Positions 23,215 through 36,941 of a DNA stretch of 64,000 nucleotides are shown here, piece by piece. Position 1 is the first letter of the stretch; each line of letters opens with the position of its first letter. Below the pieces are notes generated by a model. It searched no databases, had not been told where the DNA came from, and saw only the letters and a program-made list of their open reading frames with translations. The stretch spans positions 132,372,001 to 132,436,000 of the forward strand of contig NW_024704742.1 of the NCBI RefSeq assembly GCF_018977255.1. The letters run 5' to 3'. The stretch is from Callorhinchus milii. Taxonomy: Eukaryota. The translations under genes and the position numbers were made by a program.

Positions 23215-23948
23215 AACAAATAAACAAAATTACATTTGTGTAGCCCTTTTCATGTCGGGTGAATGTACCAAGGCACTGGACAATCAGTGGTTTGGATCCG
23301 AGCTGGGGTTTGGGATCAGGGAGGGTGGGGTCAGGTGACAAAAGAGGGTGACAGAAGGCAAGGTCGAAGAGGAGGATCTTGAAGGAGGCAAGGGAGGGGG
23401 CAAGGTGGAGGGAATGTTGGATAGAGTTCCAGAGGGTGGAGGCAAAGTGTCTGATGGCCCGCCCACCAATGGTGGGTCGAACAAGGCGGGGGATGTGAAG
23501 CAGGCCGGAGCCTGCTGAGCGGAGGGAGCGGACAACTTGGTAGGGGGTTAGGAGGTCACAGAGGAAAGGGGGAGCAAGGTCATGGAGGCTTTGAAAGTAA
23601 GGACCAGGATCTTGAACTGTATCCTTTGTGTGAGGGGAAGCCAGTGGAGCTGGGCAAGCAGAAGATCGCGGAGTCTGGTGCGGGAGAGGACACGGGCTGC
23701 AGAGTTCTGGATGATTTGCAGCCTTGGGGAGGCTGACAAGCAGGGAGTTTGGGTACTTGAGTCTGGATGTTATGTATGAGGGTCTCGGCGACCTGCGGTG
23801 TGAGAGAGTGGCGGAGCCGGGCGATGTTGCGGACGTGAGGGAAGGCAGAACGGGTCATGATATGGATGTGGGGCATGAAGGACAGTTGAGGGTCGAACAG
23901 AACGCTGAGGTTCTCTATTGCTCCGTGAGATGTAGAGTGCATCCATGG
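23215..23948 (-). mobile_element. L2 LINE 3' fragment, clipped by the duplication junction
   Basis: LQIIQNSAARVLSRTR..LHWLP..IQFKILVLTFKA. Confidence 0.85.
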
Positions 23949-24995
23949 AGGGGTCAGTATTGGGACCACTGCTGTTTTTTGATCTGTATAAATGCCCTGA
24001 ACTTGGGTATAGGGAGTACAATTTCCAAGTTTGCAGATGATACTAAGCTAGGAAAAGTAGTAAACAGTGAGGAGGATAGTAGCTGACTGCAAATGGACAT
24101 AGACAGACTGGTAAAATGGGCAGATACGTGACAGGTGAAGTTTAATGTGGAGAAATGCAAAGTAATGCATTTTGGGAGGAAGAATGAAGAGAGGTAATAT
24201 AAGCTAAAAGGTACAGAGATGGGGCTGAAGGAACAGAGAGACCTGGGGGTTCATATATAAGTAAATCTTTAAAGGTGGCAGTACAGGTAGATAACAAGAA
24301 CAACAACAAAATTACATATATAGAGCACCTTTCACGTCGGGAGGATGTCCCAAGGAGCTGGTTAAACAAGCATACGGGATACTAGGCTTTATAAATAGGG
24401 GCATTGAATACAAAAGTCAGGAAATTATGCTAAACCTTTATAAAACCCTTGATAGGCCTCAGCTAGAGTACTGTGTTCAGTTCTGAGCACCCACTTTAGG
24501 AAAGATGTCAAGGCATTGGATAGGGTGCAAAGGAGATTTACCAGGACGTTACCAGGAACGAGGGGCTTCAGTTATCAGCAGAGGCTAGAGAAGCTAGGAT
24601 TATTCTCCTTGGAGCGAGAAGGTGAAGAGGAGACTTAATAGGAGTTTTGAATATTATGAGGGGATTCGATAGGGAAATTCAAGGAGAAATTATTTCCACT
24701 GGCGAGTTGGTAACCTGAGGACACCGATTTAAAACAGTTGTTAATAGTTGAAGAGAAATTTTTTCACACAGCGAGTTGTTCAGATCTGGAATGCATTGCC
24801 TGAAAGGGTGGTGGAAGCTGTTTCGATAACAACTTTTAAGTGAGTAGATAATTATTTGGGGAGGACAAGTTTGCAGGGCTATGGAGAGAGAGCGGGGGAG
24901 TGGGATTGAATTGGATAGCTCTTTTCAAAGATTCAGCACAGACATAATGGGCCGAATGGCCTCCTTCTGTGATGTATAATTCTGATTCTCTGATT
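23949..24995 (+). mobile_element. CR1 LINE 3' portion (duplicated copy, 5'-clipped by the duplication junction)
   Basis: Matches 15080-16126. Confidence 0.9.
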
Positions 24996-27900
24996 ATGCT
25001 GGACATTTATCAAACACAGTGTGACAAATAGAAAGACATAAACCACTAACTATCAACAACAACAACAACTTGGATTTATATAGTGCCCTCCACGCCGGAC
25101 AGCGTCTCAGGGCGCTTTACAGTAACGGGTCCCAGGGCCAAGCCAGGGGGAGGGGGAGGAAGGTGACCAAGGCGCGGTCGAAAAGAAAGGTCTTCAGCAG
25201 AGACCTGAAAATGGGAAAGGAGGGAGCGAGACGAAGGGAGTGAGGAAGGCAGTTCCAGAGCCTCAGGGCATAGTGGCTGAAGGCACAGCCGTCGAGGGTG
25301 GAGCGGAGGACTCGGGGGATGAAGAGGAGGCCAGACCTGGAGGAACGAAGGCAACAGGTACTGTTTTGAGGAGACAGGAGGTCAGAGAGGTAGGGGGGTG
25401 CAGAGGATTGCAGGGACTTGGATACAGCGGTGAGGATCTTGAAATCGATCCTCTCTGGGATAGGCAGCCAGTGCAGTCTGGCAAGGACTGGGGTGATCGG
25501 GGAGCGGAGTTTCGTGCGGGTGAGAATGCGGGCAGCAGAGTTCTGAATGATTTGGATTTTATGGATGGTAGTGGATGGGAGACCAGCGAGGAGGGCGCTA
25601 TCGACCTACCTCCTGGCTTATCTCCTGATCTGATCTGTTCCAGCTCTCGGTGATGTCTTGCATCTCAGCACTGACCTTCCAGCTTTGCCTCTAAATAAAA
25701 AAACGTGCAACTTGTCTGACCCACTTGAGTTGACAGAAATCTAGTAACACAATGACTTCCATCTGTGCCCTATAATGGCTAGGCCTACCAGAGTACTAGC
25801 CATAACTCAGAATCTATCACCTAATAATATAAAAATAATAATCCTTGCATTTAATATAGTTTTATAACGTTGTTGAGATGTTTCAAAGCTCTTCAAGAAT
25901 ATATTGTCTGTGTATTTTGTGGGTAAAACGTAGCAGCTAAATGGACATATCAGTGTCCCACAAACAGTGATGGATCAAGTGACCAAATTTTTGACTAATA
26001 ACCGGGTTCTTACTTACTGCTAGGTAAAGAGAAGTGTAAGGAAATTTGCCTAAGGTTTCTCCCCACCTGGGAATCAAACTCAAGTCTTCTCACTTGCAAG
26101 GCAAACACTCTAATACTACACTACATAGAGGGTAACTGGGAGGAAAATCTCTGGCTGCCAACAGAAAAAAGATGGCACACATCTCCAGGATATAAGGAGG
26201 CACCAGAGATAGATTGTTGGAATGGAATGCACACTCAATCCCTGGAGTGATGCTTATCTAATTCTGGAAAGGATTAGGTGCAAGTTGGCAAAGCCAAGGC
26301 TTGGGGACCTCAGAGTGTGTGTTGGAGTAACTGCTGGAGTCTGACCAGCTAAAACCACATAGCTTGCCATTGCTATTGTTGCCTGGCAAGATTTCCCGCT
26401 GCTTGTCCTACCCATTAGGGCATAGGCTTGCAGAGTTAATAGGAACTGACTGGGATGACTCACTGCCCCCAGTGATGGATCTGCCCTTCCAGGTCCTGCC
26501 AATGAGTCAGGCTGGCTGTACTGTCATCAGCAGTGCCTGGAGTACTGCAGACCAGTCTGGCTCAGGAACCGGACTACCGAGACCGGCACAGAGAGTTGCT
26601 CGATTCTGACATTCCATTGCCAGGCATGTCACCTTGGAGCCAGTTCAGCTCCAAGGAGACCCTTCTTACCCCCGACCCAAGGAGGGCAGTCACTAGTTGG
26701 TTGTTTGACATCCGACAAGTAAGGGTTTGAGCCCTCACTAGGTGGATGATAGATACTAAGAACTACCTGTGAGCTTCCTGATGGACAATGCATCTCAGCA
26801 TGAAATGCATAAGAACATTGCCACTGTTCTCCTGTACGCAGCTTGGGCACACGTCCCTTCCCATTGAGCGATGGTACCACCAAATGGAAGTGCGGAGTTT
26901 AAGCCATAGCTGCTTGCCTCTTTGCAGACCAATGTCCTTTAACACAGAGTGGTGATGTATAGAATAGATTATTCAGGGAGGCAGGTGGTCAAACCAGATT
27001 GTGTCAGTTAACTCTAGAGGGAATTCAATAGCTATTTTCTTCTTCCTCCCATCAAAATCCTCCCAAGAACCTACAGAATGCCTCATACTCCCCTCGTACT
27101 CGTACTCCCCTCTCTCCCTACCTCCCCCCCACACAACACACCCACCCTCCCCTTCCCAACAACCTAAACTGTCTCTGTGTTCCCCTCCAGCTTTGCAGAA
27201 CATTTCGAGATATTATCCCAAGTGAAAGCTGCTTCTTTAATATTTGTCAAGACTTGAAGATCCATCTCAATACTCTCCTCTTCAGTCACCTTCCTCGCTC
27301 TATCCTCCCTGCCCTCCACCCTTCCTGATCCCAATCACCAGCCCGGTTGCTGTTGTACCTTGTCACTGCCCCTTCAGAGCCTTAAACACGTTTTTGCAAT
27401 CCCGCTATCAACCTCCTCGGCTCTTATATTTTACAATCCAATTCACATTTATTTACTGAGGCCTTCATGTCTGGAGAATGTCTCAAAACACTTTACGCAG
27501 TTGACTGGGCATCCGAGTCCTAATATTTCTGCACGCTTGCCCTAGGTTTAATAGATGCACTTTTTCATCAAACAGACAAGCACAATATCTGACCCGTCAA
27601 CTCCACTTAGATTTTTCGACGCATTTCGCCCACAAAATATAATATATTCTCTGAAGCGCTTTGATACATCTCAAAGACGTGATAAGTCGCTATCAATGCA
27701 AGGACCAGTATTATTATTATCATTATTACTATTATTGTCATCATCTTGAAAATCCGCACAGAGAAATGTTTCGTTACTTTTTTTTAAATGGAATTAATTA
27801 TTGGTAGATTAATTTCTTCTTGTTTTTTTTGTTTGGAGAATCCAAAAGTAGGGTTGGGAACAAGAAGAAATGTCATGATTCCAGTGAATTACTTTTGATC

Positions 27901-28404
27901 AAAGACGACAACAACAACCACAACAACTTGCACTTATATAGCGCCATCCTCGCAGGGTAGTGCCTCAGAGCACTTTTCTGATGTCCATGTTTTTGCCTGC
28001 TTTATAATATGTAATAAGTAATTAGAATCTATGATATATCACATAATAATAATAATAATAATCCTTGCATTTGATATAGCGCTTTTCACGTCGGGAGGAC
28101 GTCCCAAAGTGCTTCACAGAACAAACTGTAAAGTGAGTTGACTGTATATTTGTGGGCGAACGCGGCAGCCAATTGCGCACAGCAATGTCCCACAAACAGT
28201 CGTAGATTGAAAATGATCAATTTTATTATTGTTTTTTTTTGAGGGATTATTATTGTCATCATCTTGAAAATCCGCACATATACAGTACATAATGTATATT
28301 TGTAGAAATAACCAAGGTAGCTCATCACATCACAAATAACATTGCTTATGGTCATTTGTGGGCCACTCGCTGTAGCACAAATGGGCGGCCATGCTCTTCT
28401 ACAA

Positions 28405-29565
28405 CAGCGTGGCCCAAAAGGCGGCCCACGGGCCACATCCGGCCCAGCGGGTGATTTTCTCCGGCCCGAGACCATTTCCAACTTCCGCTCGTTCCCTCCC
28501 TCCCTCCCTGGTAAGTGTCTTCCCAGGGCAGCTGCAGGAGCCGCCGGTTGGGAGGACCCATTGGGGAGAGCTGTTACTGCATCTGTCAGGAAGGCAAAGG
28601 CATCTCTTACCAACTGTGTCCTGAGCAACCTCACCGGCTCCTGCCGCTGCAGATAGTGACCCATGGGACTGATTGGGAGAGAGATTAAGGGGTGGGGGCA
28701 GAAGTGGACAGAGGGTAGATGGGGGGAGAGAGAGGGGGGGGGATTGAGAGATGGGGAGGAGAGAAGGAGGAAAGGGAGGAGCAGAGAGATGGGGGGAGGT
28801 GGAGAGAGGGGGTTAGGGGAGATAGAGTACTTATGTGAGAGACAGATAAGAAAGGGGAAGTGAGAGGGAAAGAAACTGTGAGAGTGATTGAGAGTGATTG
28901 AGAGAGCAGATAGAGAAAGAGAGTGGGAGAGAGTGTGTGAGAGAGAGAGAGAGTATGAGGGGAGAGGGAGTGAATGTGAGGGAGAAGGGGAGAGAAACAG
29001 AGAGAGGGTGGATATTGAGAAAGGGTAATTGAGAATGATTTTGAGAGGGGATAGAGCGTGTGTGGGAGAGAGAAGGGGAGTGAGAGAGAGTAATTGAGAA
29101 AAGGAGAGAGGAGATGGTGGGGAGAGTGGTTGAAAGGGGGAGTGTGAGAAGTGGATTGAGAGAGTAATTGAGAGAGAGAGTATGTGCAAGAGAGGGGGAG
29201 AGAAGGAGAGAGAGTGCCCTCTCCCCTGCTCTATCCCCCCTCCTCCCACCACTCTCTCCTCCTCTTTCTCTCCCCCCTCTTCCCCCTCCCTCAATCCCCC
29301 TCTCTCCCATTCAGCCGCATGGGTCACTATCTGCAGCGGCAGGACTAAGTTGCTAAGGACTCGGTTGGTAAGAGATGTGGTTGCCTTCCTGACAGACTGC
29401 ATTGATGGCCGGTATTATTTCCACTCTCTGCTCTGTGTCCTCCCAGCCATTGGCTCCAGAGAGGGAGGGAGGGAGCGGAAGTTGGAATGCTGGAAATGGT
29501 ATCGGGCGGATAAAATCACTGGCCGGGCCGGATGTGGCCTGCGGGCCACCAGCTGGTCCAGGCTG
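28405..29565. mobile_element. hAT-like fold-back element (duplicated copy)
   Basis: Copy of 19540-20705 with indels in the low-complexity interior. Confidence 0.7.
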
Positions 29566-31691
29566 GATGCAGCCCACAGAATTTTCTCAAATAGAGAATC
29601 CGGCCAGCGGCCACCAAAAGGTTGGCCCTCGCTGGCCTCCAAAACACACAATCACTGCCCAAACATTTTGAAGGGAAATCTCAATGCGTGATAATGATTT
29701 CTTTCTATTGCCTCCAACAACAAGGCTAACACATCCATTGTCATATATATTAATCCGTGTGCAGACAAACACTGGGATCAACAGTAGCTTAAATCCAAGG
29801 TACTACTACCTACATTAATCTACTGAGCTATTACTCCCTACATCGCAAAGGCTTCTCAAGCCCCCGAGTGCTCAGTGGGAGTAAAGAGTCTCCTCTGTGA
29901 CGAGCTGCTGTGATAAGAGTTGCAGCCTCCAGCTACATATGCATTGCAAGGGGCCAATATTTATGAAAGCAGCAATGGCTGAAATTAAAGAAGGTTTGAC
30001 TTAAAGAACAGGTCCCCATCTGACCTCCTGCCCCATCCTGTGACAGAATAGACCAGAAGCCCCTGCATTGCATCTGAGAACGCTTGTCCAATCTCCACTT
30101 GTCACAGTGCCTTCTTGTGGACCGAAAGAACTTACAACAACGACAACTTGCATTTATATTGCGCCCTTCACACGGGGTAGCATCCCGAGCACTTGTCGAT
30201 GGCGGAGTCAGACACCGAGTCAGGGGGTGAGAGAGGGTGGAGGTGACTAACTCACAAACAACCAATTACATTTGTACAGCGCCTTTCACATCAGGAGGGA
30301 ATCCCAAGGTGCTGGACAATCAGGGATCCGTACATGAGCTGGTGGTTGGAATCAGGAGAGGTGGAGGGCGGGGAGGGTAGGGGTAGGAGAGGTGACTGAA
30401 GCACTGTCGAAGAGGAGGGTCTTGAAGGAGGCCAGGGAGGGGACGAGGCGGAGGGACTGTGGGATGGAGTTCCACTTCCAATAACTCATCGGTGAGCCCT
30501 TTTTTGCTTTGGAACGACTTGTTATCAGGAATTTACTGTCATGTAGCTCCCAGGTTGATAGGTAATTAAAGTCTTAAAAGGTTTTCTGCAGAAGGGGTGC
30601 TGTGTGTATTATGAGCTGATTTACAGCCACTTATTAAAGATGCCGACCACAGTGTACAATAAACTTGTAGACAGCAGCAACAGTTGACCTTTTAAGAGCT
30701 TAGAATATGATGTTTGCGGAGAGAAAAGATTGTGCTTCCAGCTGATGCAGAACAGCAGCGTGTTAATATTCATTTGCCAGCAAAGGTCACACTAAATTCA
30801 GTCTGCAGATTTTCATCACTCTTGTATTTGCTTGTATTTTACCCTCGAACTCAACTCACCTGCTCATAAGAGCTTGAATTGATGTTGTTTTGTTGCTTTG
30901 ATCCTCAGATCTCTGTACAGCCTCTCTCCTCCACCCAAGCTCTGTGACCACCCCCCTTTCCAGCTAATCTCTCTGATAACCCATTTTATCGTGTTTCTTT
31001 TTGTTTCCCTCCCCCACCCCGATTTTCCTCACAGTCACAGATGTGTAAAGTGTTTTGGAACCGTAGAAATTTATGGCACAGAGTAATAATAACAATCAGT
31101 CCATTTGATATAGAGCTTTATCACATCGTTGAGATGTCTCAAAATGCTTCACAGAATATATTATAAAGTGACTGTGCTTTTTATGGGCGAAACGCGGCAA
31201 CCAATTGCGCACAGCAGCTTCCATAAACAGTCGTGAATTGAGTGACCCAATTTGTTTTTAGGTATTATTACCCCGCCAATCAATTGACAACCAGGTTCCT
31301 ACTTATTGCTAGGAAGGCCACTCAGCCCATCGTGTCTGTGCCGGCTTCATCAGGAGCAATCCTCTCAGGCGCACTAACCTGGCCTTTCCCCACATCCATG
31401 TAGTGGACTCTTTTTAATATATCTAGTTCACTCTTGAAGGCCAATATGGATTTTGCCTCAACCACCGCTCCCAGCAGGGCATTCCATATCCTACTCTGTA
31501 CTTGGAAAAAAAATCTAACCTCCCCATTTGCTCGATTACTAACTATCCTAAATTGATGCCCTCTAGTTACTGACCCGTGTGAAGGGTTCTATGTAAATGC
31601 AAGTTGACTGACCAAATTTATTCTTTTGGGGGGAATTATTAGCCTCGGAAAGTGAACTGTCAATCGACTAACAAATGGGTTCCTACTTACT

Positions 31692-32009
31692 GGAGTCCTG
31701 TAGCTCAGTGGTTAGAGCACTCGCTTTGCAAGCGAGAGACCTGAGTTCAATTCCAGGCAGGGCGAAACCTTGGGCAAGTTTCCTTACTCCACACGCCTAA
31801 TAATAATCCCTCCAAAAACCAAAAACAATAATAAATTGGTCATTTTCAATCTACGACTGTTTGTGGGACATTGCTGTCCGCAATTGGCTGCCGCGTTCTC
31901 CCACAAATATACAGTCAATTCACTTTACAGTGTGTTCTGTGAAGCGCTTTGGGACGTCCTCCCGACGTGAAAAGTGCTATATCAAATGCAAGGATTATTA
32001 TTATTATTA
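31692..32009 (+). mobile_element. tRNA(Ala)-derived SINE, short form (duplicated copy of 22832-23149)
   Basis: Matches 22832-23149. Confidence 0.9.
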
Positions 32010-32074
32010 CTGCTACATAAACAGAGGCGTGCGGAGAAAGGAAACTCGCCTAAGGTTTTGCCCTGCCATTAAAT

Positions 32075-32895
32075 AACAAATAAACAAAATTACATTTGTG
32101 TAGCCCTTTTCATGTCGGGTGAATGTACCAAGGCACTGGACAATCAGTGGTTTGGATCCGAGCTGGGGTTTGGGATCAGGGAGGGTGGGGTCAGGTGACA
32201 AAAGAGGGTGACAGAAGGCAAGGTCGAAGAGGAGGATCTTGAAGGAGGCAAGGGAGGGGGCAAGGTGGAGGGAATGTTGGATAGAGTTCCAGAGGGTGGA
32301 GGCAAAGTGTCTGATGGCCCGCCCACCAATGGTGGGTCGAACAAGGCGGGGGATGTGAAGCAGGCCGGAGCCTGCTGAGCGGAGGGAGCGGGCAACTTGG
32401 TAGGGGGTTAGGAGGTCACAGAGGAAAGGGGGAGCAAGGTCATGGAGGCTTTGAAAGTAAGGACCAGGATCTTGAACTGTATCCTTTGTGTGAGGGGAAG
32501 CCAGTGGAGCTGGGCAAGCAGAAGATCGCGGAGTCTGGTGCGGGAGAGGACACGGGCTGCAGAGTTCTGGATGATTTGCAGCCTTGGGGAGGCTGACAAG
32601 CAGGGAGTTTGGGTACTTGAGTCTGGATGTTATGTATGAGGGTCTCGGCGGCCTGCGGTGTGAGAGAGTGGCGGAGCCGGGCGATGTTGCGGACGTGAGG
32701 GAAGGCAGAACGGGTCATGATATGGATGTGGGGCATGAAGGACAGTTGAGGGTCGAACAGAACGCTGAGGTTCTGTATTGCTCCGTGAGATGTAGAGTGC
32801 ATCCATGGAGGGAGATGCTGTCGGGGTCCGAGGTATGGAGGTGCTGACGGGAGCCAAGCAGGAGGGCCTCGGTCTTGTCGATGTTCAATTGCAGG
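32075..32895 (-). mobile_element. L2 LINE 3' fragment; extends past the end of the duplication
   Basis: Same as 23215-23948 but continues beyond 32812 (reverse strand LQLNIDKTEALLLG). Confidence 0.85.
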
Positions 32896-34340
32896 ACATG
32901 TGCAACATTAATGCTGTTCCACCATCAGCCATAGTGATATGTCAATGTCAGTGACACTTTCAGTGGTATTGTTGCTTAAGGCACAAAGTTATGAAAAGTG
33001 ATCAGCGAGAGAACTTTCAAACAGCCGGGCACCAGCAAAAATTTTGATCTCATCATCGAACTGGGGAAGATTGAGCTGGGAACAAGGGAGAGAGTTGATC
33101 CGATAAACAGGCAAAGCTTGAAAAATAGTCTTGTCAATGCCGGCCAAGGGGGGATAGTAAAGTGGGAGAAGGAGAACAGGTGATGTCTACCTCAATAGCA
33201 AAAAATAAATGTCATTTCTCCAGAAAGAATAGGCTTTAAAACGTTGCGTAGAATTACAACAACAACTGCATGCATTTATATAGCGCCCCTCACACAGGGT
33301 AGCATCCCAGAGTGTTTTACATTGACTGTTAGAGGTCATTTGGCGTGACTTGTCCTTGCGCAGGTTTATACTCTGCAACGGCTTGCACAAATCGGTGGCC
33401 ATGTTCTTTACAAAATCACTCTACTTTACAGTGAATCTTGTGAGACATTCTTCCGACGTGAAAGGAGCCGTATCAAATCTAATGACTATTATTACGCTGT
33501 TACTACAGTTTAAAACACTCTATACAGGTAGTTTCTAAATCATTTCCAATGATGGGTCAGCCAGAATAATAACACTGCCTTGTTACATATGTTACTTTTC
33601 CTATATTTGCACTTCTTAAATATTTTCTTTTTGCAGCAGGTTAATACTTTCCTTCACGAGGTTATTATTATTATTAGAGGTTGGGTTTTTCTCTCTTTTG
33701 TCTTTTTTCAGCCTGGCGATGGAACACTTCAGAGCAGCTCTTAAGAGCATCGGTAATATTGCCAAGTGAAAGCCAGTAGCAGGGAACATATGACTTCTCT
33801 GCTATCTGCGGAAACACTTTTCAGGTCTCCAGCTGCCTCACCCTCTCTCTTCTCTCTCTCTCTCTTTCTATCAACCTCTTTCTCTATGCCTTCCTCCATT
33901 CGCCCTCCATCTCTCCCTCCCAAAAAATAATAATAATAATTTGGTCCCTCAATCCACGACTGTTTGTGGGACACTGCTCTGCGCAATTGGCTGCCCCGTT
34001 TCGTCCACAAAGTATACAGTCACTACACTTTACGGTGCAACCTGTGAAGCACTTCAAAACGTCTCGAAGACGTGATAAGGCGCTATATCAAATGCAAGGG
34101 TTATTATTATTAGTATTATTCAGTGAGCGACAGTAAATGTATGGAACAGGCTCACGAGGGAGACGGTAAAATCAGAACGTGTTGATTCTTTAAAGAATAA
34201 ATTAGGCAGATTTCTGTTAGGAAATAATATCTCGAGATACAGTATATAGTTTGGGACATGACATGTCATGCGACTGCCAGGATGGTGGAAGGCAAACTGG
34301 ATGGACCTTGGTCTTCTTTTGCCCAGCAACTTCTTATGTT

Positions 34341-34658
34341 AATAATAATAATAATAATCCTTGCATTTGATATAGCCCTTCTTACGTCTTTTAGACGTCT
34401 CAAAGCGCTTCGCAGAATAGACTGTAAAGTGAATTGACCGTATATTTGTGGGAGAAATGCGGCAGCCAATTGCGCACAGTAGTGACCGACAAACAGTCAT
34501 GGATTGAAATGACCAATTTATTATTGTTCTTTTTCTTGAGGGATTATTATCAGGCGTGTGGAGTAAGGAAACTTGCCCAAGGCTTCACCCTGCTAGGAAT
34601 CGAACCCAGGTCTCTCGCTTGCAAAGCGAGTGCTCTAACCACTGAGCTACAGGACTCC
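34341..34658 (-). mobile_element. tRNA(Ala)-derived SINE, short form
   Basis: Full reverse-complement copy from the (aat)n tail to actgagctacaggactcc. Confidence 0.88.
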
Positions 34659-35332
34659 ATGTTCTTATTTGTTTGCCAGCCTCTGCTTTTGCGGCCGACA
34701 TTCTCAGGGACAGATTTGGCTGTTTCTCGGGCTGTAAGATTAACCGCAGTTACAGTGAGCGTGTTGCCATTACAGTAATTTAGCTTGTGTTATGCAACAT
34801 TTGGCTTTTTCCTTTGCATTGGCCACTTATGAAGGTTTTCAAATATCTTACCCACAAATAGTTGGCTAGAGCTTTAGAATTACACTCCATTGTTAAACCG
34901 TAGGGTTAGCATTTGGGATAATTCCTGGTATAATTACTCTGACCCTTTGTCTGAGTTCATTAAGCTGTTTATATCCCCTGCCTTCTGCCTGCTTCCCTTA
35001 GATTCAAAGCCATGCTTTTCTTCCCCATATTATAATAATAGTCCTCTCTTTGATGTTTGCCCACAAAACATACAGTCAATCCAATTCACAATATATTCTG
35101 TGAAGATCTTTGAGATGTCTCAATGCAAGGATTATTATTATTGTATTATTTTTGATAGAGCGCCTTTCATGACAGTAGGAAGCCTCAAAATGTTGCTCCT
35201 CATATTCCAGTCCTTCCATTCCCTCAATCATTTTTGTTGCCCTCCTCTGTATCTTCTCGATTTCTCCAATATCCTTTTCATACTGCGGCGTCCAGAATTG
35301 TATTCAGTACTCTAAGTATGGTCGCACCAATG

Positions 35333-35382
<50 letters not shown>
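35333..35382. repeat. (AAT)n microsatellite, an expanded SINE tail
   Basis: About 16 AAT units abutting the ccttgcatttgatatagc SINE 3' end. Confidence 0.9.
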
Positions 35383-36840
35383 CCTTGCATTTGATATAGC
35401 GCTTTTCACTTATACAAGATAATAATAATAGTCCTTGCATTTGATATAACACCTTATCACATCTACGAGACATCTCAAAGCACTTCACAGAATATACTGT
35501 AAAGTGAATTGACTGTATATTTTGTGGGTGATAGATATACTGTAGAGTGTAATATTCTTCTGTTTTGTAAGCGAACATGGCAGCCAATTTACACACAGCG
35601 ATGTTCTAGAAACAGCCGTGAAGTCTACCCAACAATTAATGCTGGATTACGTTTTCAGCCCTGAGCTATTGTTTCGGGTGTATCATAAAACTCCTAGACA
35701 TTTGATAAATGTTTGTCGGAAGCAGATCCCCCTTTGTCAGTGATCTGAATGCAGAGCTACCAGCCTAGGTGTTCAAAGTGTCTAAGCATTGACTAAACAG
35801 GCAAGGTTTAGTGTCCAGCCTGGGCACTGCAATGGAACTACAGAGCTTTACAGCTCGAAGAAGGCCATTCAGCCCATCATGTCTATCCTAGCTCCTTGAA
35901 ATAGCAATCCATCAGTCCTATTTACCCGCCTTTCCTCCACCCACTCCCATACCTCTTCAAATTACTCATTGTCAGCCTGGCTCAGGTGGTCTTAAGGTTG
36001 TTGGTTCTAAGCCCCATATCAGGACTTGCAACTCATATTGACTAGGCTGACACTCGAATGCAGTGTTGGGGGAGTGCTCCACTGTTGAGTCCTATAGCTC
36101 AGTGGTTAGAGCATTCGCCTCGCAAGGAAGAAGATCTGGGTTCTATTTCTAGCAGGGCAAAACGTTTTGTAAGTTTCCTTACTCCACACGCCTCCATTTC
36201 GCCCACAAAATGCACAATCAATCCACTTTAACAGTATATCCTGCGAAGGCTTTGAGATGTCTCAACAACGTGATAAGATGCCATATAAAATGCAAAGAAT
36301 ATTATTTTATTATCTAATTATTATTGTAATTGACAAGTTGGGGAGGATTTGAGCTCAGGTTTCCATTCGTTGCAACCCCTTTGATAAATGATAAGTCTGC
36401 CGCTGGTTGTGCCAGACAAACCAGAAACAAGGAGACATCATCTGAAAATTAGAGATAAAAAAAATAATCCTGGCATTTGATAAAGCACTTTTCACATCAA
36501 GAGACATCTCAAAGCATTTCACACAATATACTGTTCAGTGGAGTGACTACATTTCGTAGGCCAATGCGGCAGCCAATTTCCGCACAGCAATGCAGATTAT
36601 AAACACCAGCATGGATTATTGGGCCAAACGGCCTGTAACACTCAATATAATTTCATTTTGAAATCCTTGCCGTTCTTCAGAAACAATTTCTGGCATGTAA
36701 TAATAATGATCCTTATATTTAGTATAGTGCCTTTCATGTCAGGAGGACGTCCCAAAACTCTTCACAGACTTTTGTGGGTGAAGCAGCAGACGATTTGCAC
36801 ATAGCAATGTCCCGCACACAGCCATGAAAGTGAGTGACCA

Positions 36841-36941
36841 ATTCTGATGAAAGGTCATCAACCTGAAACGTTAACTAATTTTCCTCTCTTCATTGATGTT
36901 GCCTGACTTTCTGCGTGTTCTCAGCGACTTCTGTTTTTATT
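36841..36941 (+). mobile_element. Penelope-like terminal-repeat fragment containing a degenerate minimal hammerhead motif
   Basis: CTGATGA-a-AGGT-catca-ACCT-GAAA-cg-TT-aact followed by tgttgcctgac..ttctgtttttatt; embedded in a SINE copy. Confidence 0.55.

Larger units (their letters stand above)
15080..23948. repeat. Tandem segmental duplication, copy A (8869 bp)
   Basis: Sequence and ORF track recur at +8869 (e.g. 16207/25076), drifting to +8860 (23548/32408). Confidence 0.95.
23949..32808. repeat. Tandem segmental duplication, copy B (8860 bp)
   Basis: Near-identical to copy A. The junction atccatggAGGGgtcagta fuses an L2 fragment to a CR1 fragment. Confidence 0.95.
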
